From positions 6,725 to 70,724 of IMG/VR virus record IMGVR_UViG_3300028831_000155: a stretch of DNA of 64,000 bases; one strand, given 5' to 3'. This document shows, piece by piece, positions 55,476 to 64,000 of the stretch. Position numbers and translations under genes: made by a program. The DNA comes from a virus. The notes below the pieces were generated by a model. That model made no database searches and had not been told where the DNA came from. It was given only the letters and a program-made list of their open reading frames with translations. Every line of letters begins with the position of its first letter. Positions within the stretch are counted from its first letter, which is position 1.

Positions 55476-56047
55476 TCCCTCTCCTCTCCGGGCAGGAACC
55501 GTCCGAACCGATCTCGCTGCCGTTCCCTACCAGTCCACGGTCGCTTATTGCGGTTCTGCTCGCTGTGAGTAGCCCACCTGACATTCCCCGGCTCATAGCC
55601 TCGCTCGTTGTCGATGCGATCGAGCGTGTAGCCGAGACCGGGGCGAGGACCGATGTGGGCTAGGAAGGCCGGGAAGTCATTGACCCATTCGGGAGCCATC
55701 GTGATCCCGCGCTCACCGTAGTTCTTGTAGCTCTTCATCTTGGGGTTGAAGCACCGAGCCTTGGCGTTCTGCCAAGCCCAATACTCCCGATGCGTCTCTT
55801 TGTATCTGCGGTCGGCCTCCACCTTCGCATCGTGGCTGCCACGGTAATCGGCATGGGCTAGGCGATACCTGCGGTTCTCTTCCCGCTTGGCGGCTGCACA
55901 GATATCGCAACGGCAGCCCTGCGTGTAGAGATACGAGCCGTGCTGGACCGTCCTATTCATCGTCCTGCTCCTCTGTGGCCGCTGGCGGGTCCGGATCGGG
56001 CCCTTCGGGGCGGTGACCCTGCTCTTTCGCAGTTGGGCGACGGTCAT
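55472..56047 (-). CDS. HNH endonuclease (AP2/HNH_3-like)
   Basis: GYTLDRIDNERGYEPGNVRWATHSEQNRN; N-terminal Cys cluster. Confidence 0.65.
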   Translation of the reverse strand: MTVAQLRKSRVTAPKGPIRTRQRPQRSRTMNRTVQHGSYLYTQGCRCDICAAAKREENRRYRLAHADYRGSHDAKVEADRRYKETHREYWAWQNAKARCFNPKMKSYKNYGERGITMAPEWVNDFPAFLAHIGPRPGLGYTLDRIDNERGYEPGNVRWATHSEQNRNKRPWTGRERQRDRFGRFLPGEERE

Positions 56048-56492
56048 CTTCCGCGCCTATCCCAGAGCTCTGACCAGCAGAGTTGTGGCGTGGCCGGTCG
56101 ATCGGCACCCGATCCGGTGCTGTGGCCGCTGGCGGGTTGGCGGCAAGGAACCGGGCGCGATGGCCTTCGTCGCCCCACGTCACGACGCCCTCGTTCTCCA
56201 TAAGCGCGACGGTTCGGGCGGCGGCTTCAACCTCGATAGCGAGGACCGTCTTGAGTGCTGCGGCCCGCAATGCATCCTTCTGCGACTCAGGGATGAATGG
56301 GTCACTAGCCGTGGCCTCCACCACGGCCCGTCCCGCATCCGTCCGTGGTTCCAGCAGCGCCTTTCCAGCGGGGGTCATCGCCGCGTACCAAAGGCGGTGT
56401 CCAAAAGTTTCCCAACCTTCTTCAGATCGTAGTCTACGAGGGGGCACCACATGCGGCGGTCTGCGGTCAGGTACATGTTGTCCTTGGGACAC
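55953..56492 (-). CDS. hypothetical protein with acidic C-terminus
   Basis: ORF; start uncertain. Confidence 0.3.
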   Translation of the reverse strand: MSQGQHVPDRRPPHVVPPRRLRSEEGWETFGHRLWYAAMTPAGKALLEPRTDAGRAVVEATASDPFIPESQKDALRAAALKTVLAIEVEAAARTVALMENEGVVTWGDEGHRARFLAANPPAATAPDRVPIDRPRHNSAGQSSGIGAEDDRRPTAKEQGHRPEGPDPDPPAATEEQDDE

Positions 56493-56613
56493 GCAAAGCC
56501 GCGGATATGGGTCCTGCCGTCCGCGGCGGTGGCAGAGCCTTTGATGCCTCGCGCCGCATTCCGGTCAAGGTTCTGACCTAGCCGCCCTGAGCCGTGAGAT
56601 TTCTTGTCGATCA

Positions 56614-57504
56614 TCACTTGGCCGGGATAACCACGCCAGTGCTGCTGCCCCAACACGAGAATCCGGCAGGCAGAGCGTAGCCCTTACTGATTGCATCGTT
56701 GAGCAGATCAAAGCATTTCGACACCAGCACGTTGGGGTCCTTGGATACCGATGCGGCCAGTTCGGCATTGGCGTTGGCCTGTGCCTGAGCCGTCTTGACG
56801 GCCTGCTGTGCAATGCGGGTCTGGGCGATCTGAGCCTGTAGTGCATTCAGACGGGCCTGCGTGCTGGTGTCAAAGTGCAGAACCGGGATGAACACGCTCA
56901 AGACTTCGACCTGAACGCCAATCTGGGCCTGCATCTGGGCAAGGACCGAGGCGGCCAACGAGCTGAGTGTCGGCGCTGCCGAGTTACCGCTGCTATCGAC
57001 CAGCAGCGGATCGTAGTCAGCCAGCACTGCATTCAAGTCGGTCGCCAGTTCCCGAGTGACGAGCGAGTTACGCACGTTGTCGAAATCGCGGTAGTCCTGA
57101 AACAACTCGGGTGCGGCCGATTCTCTGATCCGCCAGCGAATGGTCACGTCAGTGCAGGCCACGATCTGGTGCGCAATGCGAGTAGGTACGCACGAGTTCT
57201 GGTTAGAGGCGTCGCGCAAGTCGGTCTGCACCGCCGCATCCATCTCGGTCACATCTTCCCAAGGCGCCTTCCAATGCAGGCCGTTATCCAACACGCCGAC
57301 TGGACGCGCGAAGGCGGTCACGATGCCGACTTCCTTGGTACCGACGATGACGATGGTCGAGAACAGGATGGCTATCAGCGCCAACAGCAGGCTGCCGATG
57401 CCAGCGGCGATGAGTCCGCCGCGCTCCTGAACATCAACAACGGCTGCGAAGAACAGCGCGATGGACACCAATATCAGTACAAGGCCAAGAATGAAAGGAA
57501 TCAT
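56614..57504 (-). CDS. SPFH/band-7 (prohibitin-like) membrane protein
   Basis: N-terminal TM helices; TKEVGIVTAFARPVGVLDNGLHWKAPW matches the SPFH core. Confidence 0.65.
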   Translation of the reverse strand: MIPFILGLVLILVSIALFFAAVVDVQERGGLIAAGIGSLLLALIAILFSTIVIVGTKEVGIVTAFARPVGVLDNGLHWKAPWEDVTEMDAAVQTDLRDASNQNSCVPTRIAHQIVACTDVTIRWRIRESAAPELFQDYRDFDNVRNSLVTRELATDLNAVLADYDPLLVDSSGNSAAPTLSSLAASVLAQMQAQIGVQVEVLSVFIPVLHFDTSTQARLNALQAQIAQTRIAQQAVKTAQAQANANAELAASVSKDPNVLVSKCFDLLNDAISKGYALPAGFSCWGSSTGVVIPAK

Positions 57505-57821
57505 GTGCTCACCTTATGGGTGCGCTGGTATTGGTGGGCCTGAGAAGAATTGATGCCGTGCGCCTTCACGATCTGGTTCCACTCGGCATCATCCCATAGC
57601 GGCTTTTCGACCAACTCCAAAGGGGGCTTCTGGGCGCTGACTGAAATATCGCCGGGTGAATACGTGGCGGTCGAAGTAGACAGCATGCCCAGCGCATCCT
57701 TGAGCACGAGGTTGGTGAACTGGCTGGCCGACTCACCGCGCTTAGAGGAATGGGAAACGAGGTTGTCCCAGACCTGATCCTCGATGTTCAGGGTATGCGG
57801 CCGCGACAGAGATCGGCTCAA
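57501..57821 (-). CDS. putative RHH-like DNA-binding protein
   Basis: LNIEDQVWDNLVSHSSKRGESASQFTNLVLKDAL; ATGA overlap with the SPFH gene. Confidence 0.35.
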   Translation of the reverse strand: MSRSLSRPHTLNIEDQVWDNLVSHSSKRGESASQFTNLVLKDALGMLSTSTATYSPGDISVSAQKPPLELVEKPLWDDAEWNQIVKAHGINSSQAHQYQRTHKVST

Positions 57822-58063
57822 TTCAGTCTCCCCATATCGGTGACCTCAGCCACACGGCGATGCAGCCATGTCAGCGAGTCCTCCGGCTTCGGAGCCGTCT
57901 CCTGCAAGATGGGGTCGGAGGAGACAACTGGCCTCGGGTAGGCAACACCTGTCTGATAGGTGCTGTTATCGCTCCACGTGCTGAAGTCGGTGTACAGGAT
58001 GGTGTTGGAAGTGGTCGCGGACGTGTTCAGGTTGAAGACCGGCCACGGCTCGTAGACGGGCAT
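57818..58063 (-). CDS. hypothetical protein
   Basis: 81 aa; translationally coupled. Confidence 0.35.
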   Translation of the reverse strand: MPVYEPWPVFNLNTSATTSNTILYTDFSTWSDNSTYQTGVAYPRPVVSSDPILQETAPKPEDSLTWLHRRVAEVTDMGRLN

Positions 58064-58599
58064 CAGTCATCCACCAGCGCGGTCTTCTTACCTGTCGGTC
58101 GCTTGCTGCCATTGGCGCCACCCAGCGCAATGTGCTCGGTCACGTTGGGAAGACGCTCCAGCACCTTGCCGATGGTCTTGTGCAGGTACTCGACTTCCTT
58201 CTCGAATCGGGCGGTGGTGAACTTCATCTGCTCCTCGAACCTGTCCCGGTCGGCCTGCAGGTTCTCCTCGCGCACCTCAAGAATAGCCTTGTCGCGCTCC
58301 AACTTGGTCTCGGTCTCGACCTGCTTCCTGAGTAGACCGACCTCGTGCCGAACCTCGCGCTCCTTGCGGGCCTGCTCCTCCTCTTTGGTTGATTTCTCGA
58401 TCTTCAGCGTCGAGATTTCCTCCCGCAGCAGATTGATCTCGGCGACATATTTCTTGGCCTTGGCCAGCCCCTCCTTATCGCCGGACAATTCAGCGATCTG
58501 CTTCTTGAGTCCACGGATTTCTTCGAGCAATTGGTCTTGCCCAGAATAGTCGCGGACCTTGCGGAGAAATTGCTGCTCAGAGCCGACCCAGAAACCCAC
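58063..58599 (-). CDS. coiled-coil protein
   Basis: 178 aa, E/K/L heptad-rich; first gene of the leftward operon. Confidence 0.5.
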   Translation of the reverse strand: MGFWVGSEQQFLRKVRDYSGQDQLLEEIRGLKKQIAELSGDKEGLAKAKKYVAEINLLREEISTLKIEKSTKEEEQARKEREVRHEVGLLRKQVETETKLERDKAILEVREENLQADRDRFEEQMKFTTARFEKEVEYLHKTIGKVLERLPNVTEHIALGGANGSKRPTGKKTALVDD

Positions 58600-58777
58600 C
58601 GGCGTTCTCCTTGCTGAGTTAGTGCGGTAAGGCGTCCATTGTAGCGTTCAGGCAGTAGGATGTCAATGTTGCGTGGGGTACGGAATACGACGCTCGACCA
58701 CCATTTCCCTTGCTCGGGAACTTTCGAGGTGGGGCCTAGCATAGGGCTGGTGGTGAGGTCAAGCTGATTGTTTGGGC

Positions 58778-58805
58778 TTGCGGTAGCGCCGCAAGGTGGT
58801 ATGCT
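58778..58805 (+). promoter_or_regulatory. early promoter copy 3: TTGCGG, 16 nt spacer, TATGCT, with an embedded palindrome TTGCGGtagcgCCGCAA
   Basis: Near-consensus sigma70-type spacing; shares TTGCGnnnGCGCCGC with the motifs at 511-530 and 3031-3047; ATG at 58812 lies 6 nt past the -10 (leaderless). Confidence 0.5.
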
Positions 58806-58811
58806 GAGTGC

Positions 58812-58991
58812 ATGAGGATCGTAGAGGAGAGCCGAACCTATAAGAATGCGGCTTTCGTGCTCATTGGCGCCTCAGAACAGGAGGCGTACTTGTGGGCGCG
58901 GCGCAACCGGCCTAGCGGCTGGACTATCGCCGCAGTCACACGCACCAAGCACACAGCCGACAACTATACGGTTCGGTTCAGAAAGGAATGA
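58812..58991 (+). CDS. small hypothetical protein (59 aa; below the ORF-track cutoff)
   Basis: MRIVEESRTYKNAAFVLIGASEQEAYLW...; ATGA overlap with the ORF at 58988. Confidence 0.3.
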   Translation: MRIVEESRTYKNAAFVLIGASEQEAYLWARRNRPSGWTIAAVTRTKHTADNYTVRFRKE

Positions 58992-59209
58992 TGCGAGAAA
59001 CAATCGAAGGCGCCGGAGTTACGGCACCAACCAACAGGGTCAATCTTCGCTTCAGCGTTGACGTTGATCTGGCCGCATGGCGAGCCGAGTACGGTACTCG
59101 TGAGTCATGGGCTGACATCAAGGAGAGCATCCGATATGCGGCGCTAGAGGCCATTCGCACGGCGGCATTCGGCCACCTAGCGCACGTCTTGACCGTTCAG
59201 GAGTCGTGA
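58988..59209 (+). CDS. hypothetical protein
   Basis: 73-aa ORF. Confidence 0.4.
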   Translation: MMRETIEGAGVTAPTNRVNLRFSVDVDLAAWRAEYGTRESWADIKESIRYAALEAIRTAAFGHLAHVLTVQES

Positions 59210-59343
59210 GGGCAGCGGCGATCATGCGGCACCGCTGATAGGCCGTCATCCGTATGCGGCGGTCTGGTTAGATCACGGCGGACAGTATCGCGGCGCGGTC
59301 CTGTCCAGCGCGATCTAGCGCTAACGGCTAGGAGTAGAACGCA

Positions 59344-59688
59344 ATGGCACGCACCTACAACAGGCTAGGCGGCGAGAAGACCAGCATCGGCGGCATGGTC
59401 GCTGCGGCTGTAGAGGACTTGGAGAACGGGCAGCGCAGCGTATGGCGCAGCGTCACTCACTACAGCGTAGAAGGTGAGGCTAGCAGGAGCGGCCGCGTAT
59501 GGTCGCTGAAGCTCCGCCACTACGGAACGATCATTCTCGCAGTCTCGCAGCACTACAGCGGCGAACGTACATCGGCCATCGGCCCCTATTGGTGGGGATC
59601 AAAAACCGACATGGCCGCGATTGCCAAAACGCACCGCGCGCTAGGTATGCGGCGCTCAATCAAGCGCGGGCAACTAGTCAGCTACTAG
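59344..59688 (+). CDS. hypothetical protein
   Basis: 114 aa; GGAG 8 nt upstream. Confidence 0.4.
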   Translation: MARTYNRLGGEKTSIGGMVAAAVEDLENGQRSVWRSVTHYSVEGEASRSGRVWSLKLRHYGTIILAVSQHYSGERTSAIGPYWWGSKTDMAAIAKTHRALGMRRSIKRGQLVSY

Positions 59689-59702
59689 AGGAGTAAGAGG
59701 CT

Positions 59703-59897
59703 ATGCAGTCATTCCCGATTCGCGGCCGATTCGTGCCGTGCTGGTGTGGGCTTCCGCCCGCTAATCACAATACCAACCTAGCAGCTCAGGACCGCGGCGC
59801 TTGGGCAGGGCACGAGTACGCGCCGATCAAGCCGCCGCAGGAATCCCCATTCGTTAGGCGGGCACGCTCTGCGGCGCTGCCCACGAAGGAACTTTGA
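59703..59897 (+). CDS. hypothetical protein
   Basis: 64 aa. Confidence 0.3.
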   Translation: MQSFPIRGRFVPCWCGLPPANHNTNLAAQDRGAWAGHEYAPIKPPQESPFVRRARSAALPTKEL

Positions 59898-60184
59898 GCA
59901 TGAGCGGGCCGGATGGCTTCCGCCGAGTCTCGGCTACGGCTGAGGAGCGGGCAACCTACGGCAAGCGGGCGCCTGCGGTCTATCGCCTAGAGTGCCTAGA
60001 GTGCGGCGCGCGCATATGGGGATCGGGTCTCGGCATCGGATCACATCGGCGCAGTCGTGCTCACATGCGGCCCGGACTGCTACGGCAAGCCGAGCACATG
60101 GAGTCACTCGCGGCACAGGCGAGCGGCACGGATGCCGACTGGTACAAAGCCGATGCTGCCCGACTGCGGGCGCTCGCTGAGTAG
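59894..60184 (+). CDS. hypothetical Cys/His protein
   Basis: 96 aa (CLECGARIWG motif). Confidence 0.4.
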   Translation: MSMSGPDGFRRVSATAEERATYGKRAPAVYRLECLECGARIWGSGLGIGSHRRSRAHMRPGLLRQAEHMESLAAQASGTDADWYKADAARLRALAE

Positions 60185-60262
60185 ACTTGCGGCGCTGCCG
60201 CAGTCCTGCTAAGGTGATTAGGGCACACAACAAGGCAACGCAACGGCTAGGAGAATGACGCA

Positions 60263-60475
60263 ATGACAACGCGCAAGCATCGCAAGGCGAGCGACCAGTA
60301 TCCGCCCGCGGGACCATCGGCTATGCCGCATGAGGACCGCCCGATATGCGGTTGGTGCGGCGGTCGGTACGTCCCCGGATTCTGGCCTTGGCACGCAATG
60401 TGGAATCACACTCACGGCCCGTACACGAAAGGCGACTGGCGCGATGCCATGCCGCCAGACGTTCCGAGTAACTAG
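60263..60475 (+). CDS. hypothetical W/C-rich protein
   Basis: 70 aa (CGWCGG motif). Confidence 0.35.
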   Translation: MTTRKHRKASDQYPPAGPSAMPHEDRPICGWCGGRYVPGFWPWHAMWNHTHGPYTKGDWRDAMPPDVPSN

Positions 60476-60531
60476 CGGCAAGGCACGCCGCACAAGCATC
60501 GCGGCGATGGCCGCGGAGAAAGGCTAGGACC

Positions 60532-61062
60532 ATGACACTTACTAAGGCGTTCAGGGATCGCGGCGTCACGCAAGAGGACGTGACGCGCTGGATAGAGGAG
60601 ATGCGGCGCGATCTGCCGCCCGGTAGCACGGTCTATACCACTGTCAAGCACGTCGCACGCTCCGGCATGAGCCGATCTATCGACGTGCATACCATCGAGG
60701 ACAACGAGCCGCGTTGGATGAGCTACCGCGTCGCGGCCATTCTCGGCGAGTCCTTTGATGAGCAGCGCGAATCGGTGAGGGTCTACGGCGCGGGAATGGA
60801 CATGGGCTTCCAGCTTGTCTACAACCTGTCCAGTGTGCTCTACCCTCGCGGTTTCGGCTGCATCGGCAAGGACTGCCCATCGAACGATCATTCAAACAGT
60901 GACCGCGACTACACGCCGCACACACTGAGCGGCATGACTGGCAAGGGTGAGGACGTAGTAGCCATCGGGCTCGCACAGGAGCAGGACAACGGTCCCAAGG
61001 CGGGCGGTTACTGGCACTGGCACAGGAGCGGCGGCTATGCGCTGCGTCAGAGGTGGATGTGA
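60532..61062 (+). CDS. hypothetical protein
   Basis: 176 aa. Confidence 0.45.
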   Translation: MTLTKAFRDRGVTQEDVTRWIEEMRRDLPPGSTVYTTVKHVARSGMSRSIDVHTIEDNEPRWMSYRVAAILGESFDEQRESVRVYGAGMDMGFQLVYNLSSVLYPRGFGCIGKDCPSNDHSNSDRDYTPHTLSGMTGKGEDVVAIGLAQEQDNGPKAGGYWHWHRSGGYALRQRWM

Positions 61063-61511
61063 TGATCGCACCCGATCCGACCATGCCCGAACTCGATATT
61101 GCGGCGATGGTCGCCTACCTGTCGGAGCATGGTTACTCCGTGAGAAAGGCTAGAGCATCGCGGGCCGAGGGTCCGCTAGGCACGACACTAGCGAAGGCAC
61201 CCAAAGGGCACGAGCACTGCGCCGAGCACTATAAGGTCAACGGCTACCGTAAGCCTGTCTGCATCGCGGCGGCTGGCACGGTTCGGGAGAATGGCCGCGA
61301 CACTGGCGAACCTATCGGCCCGCAGTGGACCGAGCGCGACACGGTTCTACGCTTCGCGCTCGACATGGCCGCCGCACGTCCCGATCCGTCGCAGTCACAC
61401 GACCGCGCATGGTGGGACGCATGGCACGAGGCACGCAACGCGGCGCTAGACGCCGCACAAGAGGAACGCTACGCGGCGCTCCATGAGACACGAGAGGAGA
61501 ACGCAGCATGA
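61053..61511 (+). CDS. hypothetical protein
   Basis: 152 aa. Confidence 0.45.
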   Translation: MDVMIAPDPTMPELDIAAMVAYLSEHGYSVRKARASRAEGPLGTTLAKAPKGHEHCAEHYKVNGYRKPVCIAAAGTVRENGRDTGEPIGPQWTERDTVLRFALDMAAARPDPSQSHDRAWWDAWHEARNAALDAAQEERYAALHETREENAA

Positions 61512-61867
61512 TCCCGGTATTCCCGTGCAATGAGCGATTCGGCAAGCGTGCGTATTGCGCTCTGGATCGCGGCCACGATGGGCGGCACCTGTCCGCCAGT
61601 ACACCCCGAGGACGAGAGGCGCAGATTCAGCGAATGCTCAACGGCATCCCCGTACCGGAGAATCCGGCACGCTTGCAAGGGCCAGAGGTCGGCGCTCTAT
61701 GTCTCTACAAAGGCGAGCCGGTCACCGTCACGGCGCGGTCCTATGTCTGGTCACCTGAGAAGCAGCAGCCGAGCGGCTACTACGGATTCCGCCGCTATGA
61801 CCTGAAGGTGATTCAGCGCGCGCGCGGAAGCCTACTCGTTGACGACAAAGACCTGACGCCCGCATGA
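61508..61867 (+). CDS. hypothetical protein
   Basis: 119 aa. Confidence 0.4.
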   Translation: MIPVFPCNERFGKRAYCALDRGHDGRHLSASTPRGREAQIQRMLNGIPVPENPARLQGPEVGALCLYKGEPVTVTARSYVWSPEKQQPSGYYGFRRYDLKVIQRARGSLLVDDKDLTPA

Positions 61868-61938
61868 ATCAACGCGAGACAAAGCCGCATCAGGATCGCG
61901 GCCAAACAATCACCTAACGCAACGGAAAGAGGCTAGGA

Positions 61939-62631
61939 ATGGCAACGAAAACAGACACGCGGCAACAGGCTAAGGAACGGTCTGAGCGAGCATTCACAAC
62001 CATGCGAGCGGCAGAGGCGAAAGGCTTAGACGAGATGGCAGCGGCCAGTATCGCGCGACGCTTGGAGTATCTACGCGGCGAGATCGAGGCCGAGCGTATC
62101 AGCATGAGCGAGGTGGCCGAGCTGCAATCGCTGGCGGAGTACATAGAGCCGAGCGACGTGGTGCTCCTAGAGTGGGCGGGCGTACCGGAGTTTCCCGAGG
62201 AGGAAAGTGACTGCGGATCATGTGGCTCCATCCTTGGATTAGAACTGGCGGACGATGGCGACCTATATCACGAGCCTGATGAGGACTGCCGCGCGGTTCG
62301 CATCGCGCACAAGCCAAAGGGCGCAGACAATGACGACCTAGAGGCACTGGCCGCACGCTTTGAGCGCAACGCGGCGGATTGGCGAGCGATAGGCGGCAAT
62401 CCTGACCTAGCCGCCGCAAGAGGACTTGGATTCTCTAGCGGCATGGCTGAGGCGTGGCGTTTAGCGGCTGAGGAGGTACGTCGCGTCCTGCGGCGCGATC
62501 CCGACTACTACGACCTAGACGATGAGGAGCGGCTAGTCGCCGCATCACAGACGCTTGACGACATGATCGGCCTACCACGCGACGTGCTGGATTCCGTGGA
62601 AGCCAAGCGCAAGACCCTAAAGGACGGCTAG
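61939..62631 (+). CDS. hypothetical acidic protein
   Basis: 230 aa; GGAAAGAGG 7 nt upstream. Confidence 0.45.
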   Translation: MATKTDTRQQAKERSERAFTTMRAAEAKGLDEMAAASIARRLEYLRGEIEAERISMSEVAELQSLAEYIEPSDVVLLEWAGVPEFPEEESDCGSCGSILGLELADDGDLYHEPDEDCRAVRIAHKPKGADNDDLEALAARFERNAADWRAIGGNPDLAAARGLGFSSGMAEAWRLAAEEVRRVLRRDPDYYDLDDEERLVAASQTLDDMIGLPRDVLDSVEAKRKTLKDG

Positions 62632-62634
62632 GAC

Positions 62635-62832
62635 ATGGCACAGAAGCACACGGCGGAGGGGATCGTAGAGAGACTCGCCAACCGTCTGAGCACCGATCTT
62701 GGATCGAGCCGTCTGTCGTTTCATGTCTGCGGCGACTGGCACGAGTTTTCGCTATTCATAGACGATGGCATCCGAGTTACAGCCAGTTTTTGGACGCGCT
62801 TCTTAGACGACGAGAAAGGTGGCACGGCATGA
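62635..62832 (+). CDS. hypothetical protein
   Basis: 65 aa. Confidence 0.35.
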   Translation: MAQKHTAEGIVERLANRLSTDLGSSRLSFHVCGDWHEFSLFIDDGIRVTASFWTRFLDDEKGGTA

Positions 62833-63071
62833 TCTACACGCAGACGACCTATGACGTGGTAGAGATCAACGGCACGCGGCACGAGGACGTGCTCCCCACT
62901 CCTCGCCTCATCAGTGAGGGAACGGCTGGCAACTGGCTGCCGCGCTTCCCTGTCGAGGCATACCGCCAGAGCGTCTACAACGGCAAGGAGATATGGCGCG
63001 TGCGTGACGATGCTTATGACCCGCCGCAGACCGAATACGTCCGCGTGCGCGTCGAGGTGGTCGAGCGATGA
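62790..63071 (+). CDS. hypothetical protein
   Basis: 93 aa. Confidence 0.4.
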   Translation: MDALLRRRERWHGMIYTQTTYDVVEINGTRHEDVLPTPRLISEGTAGNWLPRFPVEAYRQSVYNGKEIWRVRDDAYDPPQTEYVRVRVEVVER

Positions 63072-63226
63072 GCACGCTAACCGTTCGCCATTGCGTGGGA
63101 GCGCCGCGAGCCATGAAGAAGAAGCGCACGACCCCACGCTGCCCGCTGTGCGGTCGCTTTGCCCGCTATGACGCTTACTACAGCCGATGGTGGTGCGAGC
63201 GTGACGAGAGAGAAGTCAGGCCATGA
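63068..63226 (+). CDS. small zinc-ribbon protein (52 aa)
   Basis: CPLCGR...WWCERDE; ATGA overlap with the upstream gene. Confidence 0.3.
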   Translation: MSTLTVRHCVGAPRAMKKKRTTPRCPLCGRFARYDAYYSRWWCERDEREVRP

Positions 63227-63360
63227 GCCGCCGCAATCAGGCATCCCCTATTCGTCCCGCGTCACGCTGGCGAATCGCGGCGAACTATCTACTCGGCGCC
63301 GCATTCTTTCTCGGCATCTTGTTCGGCTTGTACTGGATGCTGCTAGGAGCGCCGCAATGA
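63223..63360 (+). CDS. small membrane protein (45 aa)
   Basis: YLLGAAFFLGILFGLYWMLLGA hydrophobic helix. Confidence 0.3.
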   Translation: MSRRNQASPIRPASRWRIAANYLLGAAFFLGILFGLYWMLLGAPQ

Positions 63361-63569
63361 CTGCTAAGACGGTCCAGATCATGAACGTAGTCCCGAGCCA
63401 TCCGGGGCGCGGCGAGCCGTCACGAATCACGGCCTACGTCCTGCTCGAATACATCAAGAGTCAACCCCTAGCTAGTCAAGAACTGACCGAGGATGCGGCA
63501 CTCAAACTGGCTAGCCAAATCCTCGCCGCAGTCATGGCGGTACGCACCGCGAATAGGACGCCGCGATGA
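63358..63569 (+). CDS. hypothetical protein
   Basis: Internal ATG of track ORF 63159-63569. Confidence 0.3.
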
Positions 63570-64000
63570 TGGGTCCAGACGACGACTACACGCTACGCAT
63601 GGAGGAACGCGGCGATCCGTTCTATGACGGAGAGCAGGAGCAGTGCTCGGTATGCGGCGCCGCGAGCACAATCGAGATTCACGACGAGGAGCAGTCCATC
63701 ACGGTCTGTGCGCTCTGCGGCAATGACCAATGAGCGCCACCGGCTGGCTGATATTCGCAACCATTGAGTACTGCGTAGCCTTGTCCGCTCTGATACGCGG
63801 CGCTCGGTCTAGCGAGTACCTTGCATCAACGGTTGGCCTATTGCTCGGCACTTTCTTCGCTTGTGTCGGCACCGTGTGCGTACGGTTGGCTTTCCCATGA
63901 TTGCCGCGAAGATCGGCAAGGTGCTTGGAGCATGGTGCGACAGCGAGCGTGAGTCCGCATTCGTGGTGCTCACGAGCGAGGATGAGATTGCGGCTATAGC

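Overview
Read directly from sequence and the six-frame ORF track; no searches were run. The window is high-GC, gene-dense DNA that reads as an almost complete tailed-phage or prophage genome, probably infecting an Actinomycetota-like host (leaderless early genes, Pro/Thr-rich linkers, LuxR-type regulator). A 1589-aa tape measure protein and the absence of a sheath gene point to a siphovirus-like virion. No integrase, attachment site, tRNA or CRISPR array is recognisable. Layout: (1) Coordinates 1-8100 hold a rightward early block with a LuxR-type HTH gene, a leftward RepA-like AAA-ATPase primase/helicase flanked by iteron-like repeats, a tandem DUF2493-like pair and many small ORFs. (2) Coordinates 8086-52747 hold a roughly 45-kb leftward late block: terminase small and large subunits, portal, then a glycosylation gene island (glycosyltransferase candidates, one epimerase, one methyltransferase), a lysis cassette (M23 peptidase, holin-like protein, GH16+phosphoesterase secreted protein), three fibrous proteins built from 14-aa tandem repeats (one also carries about 19 Ser/Thr-rich 20-aa repeats), then protease-scaffold fusion, major capsid, head-tail joining proteins, major tail, tail chaperone pair, tape measure, minor tail proteins, and finally a CAP-domain secreted protein plus two membrane proteins. 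(3) Coordinates 53003-58599 hold leftward accessory genes (RHH proteins, RlpA-like protein, HNH nuclease, SPFH protein). (4) From 58600 a divergent promoter region leads into rightward small early genes. The most unusual feature is the virion-glycosylation island, embedded with the lysis and fibre genes in a 20-kb block wedged between the portal and protease/capsid genes and paired with a mucin-like Ser/Thr-repeat fibre. The dual-domain glucanase/phosphoesterase lysis enzyme and three early promoters sharing a TTGCGnnnGCGCCGC element are also notable.
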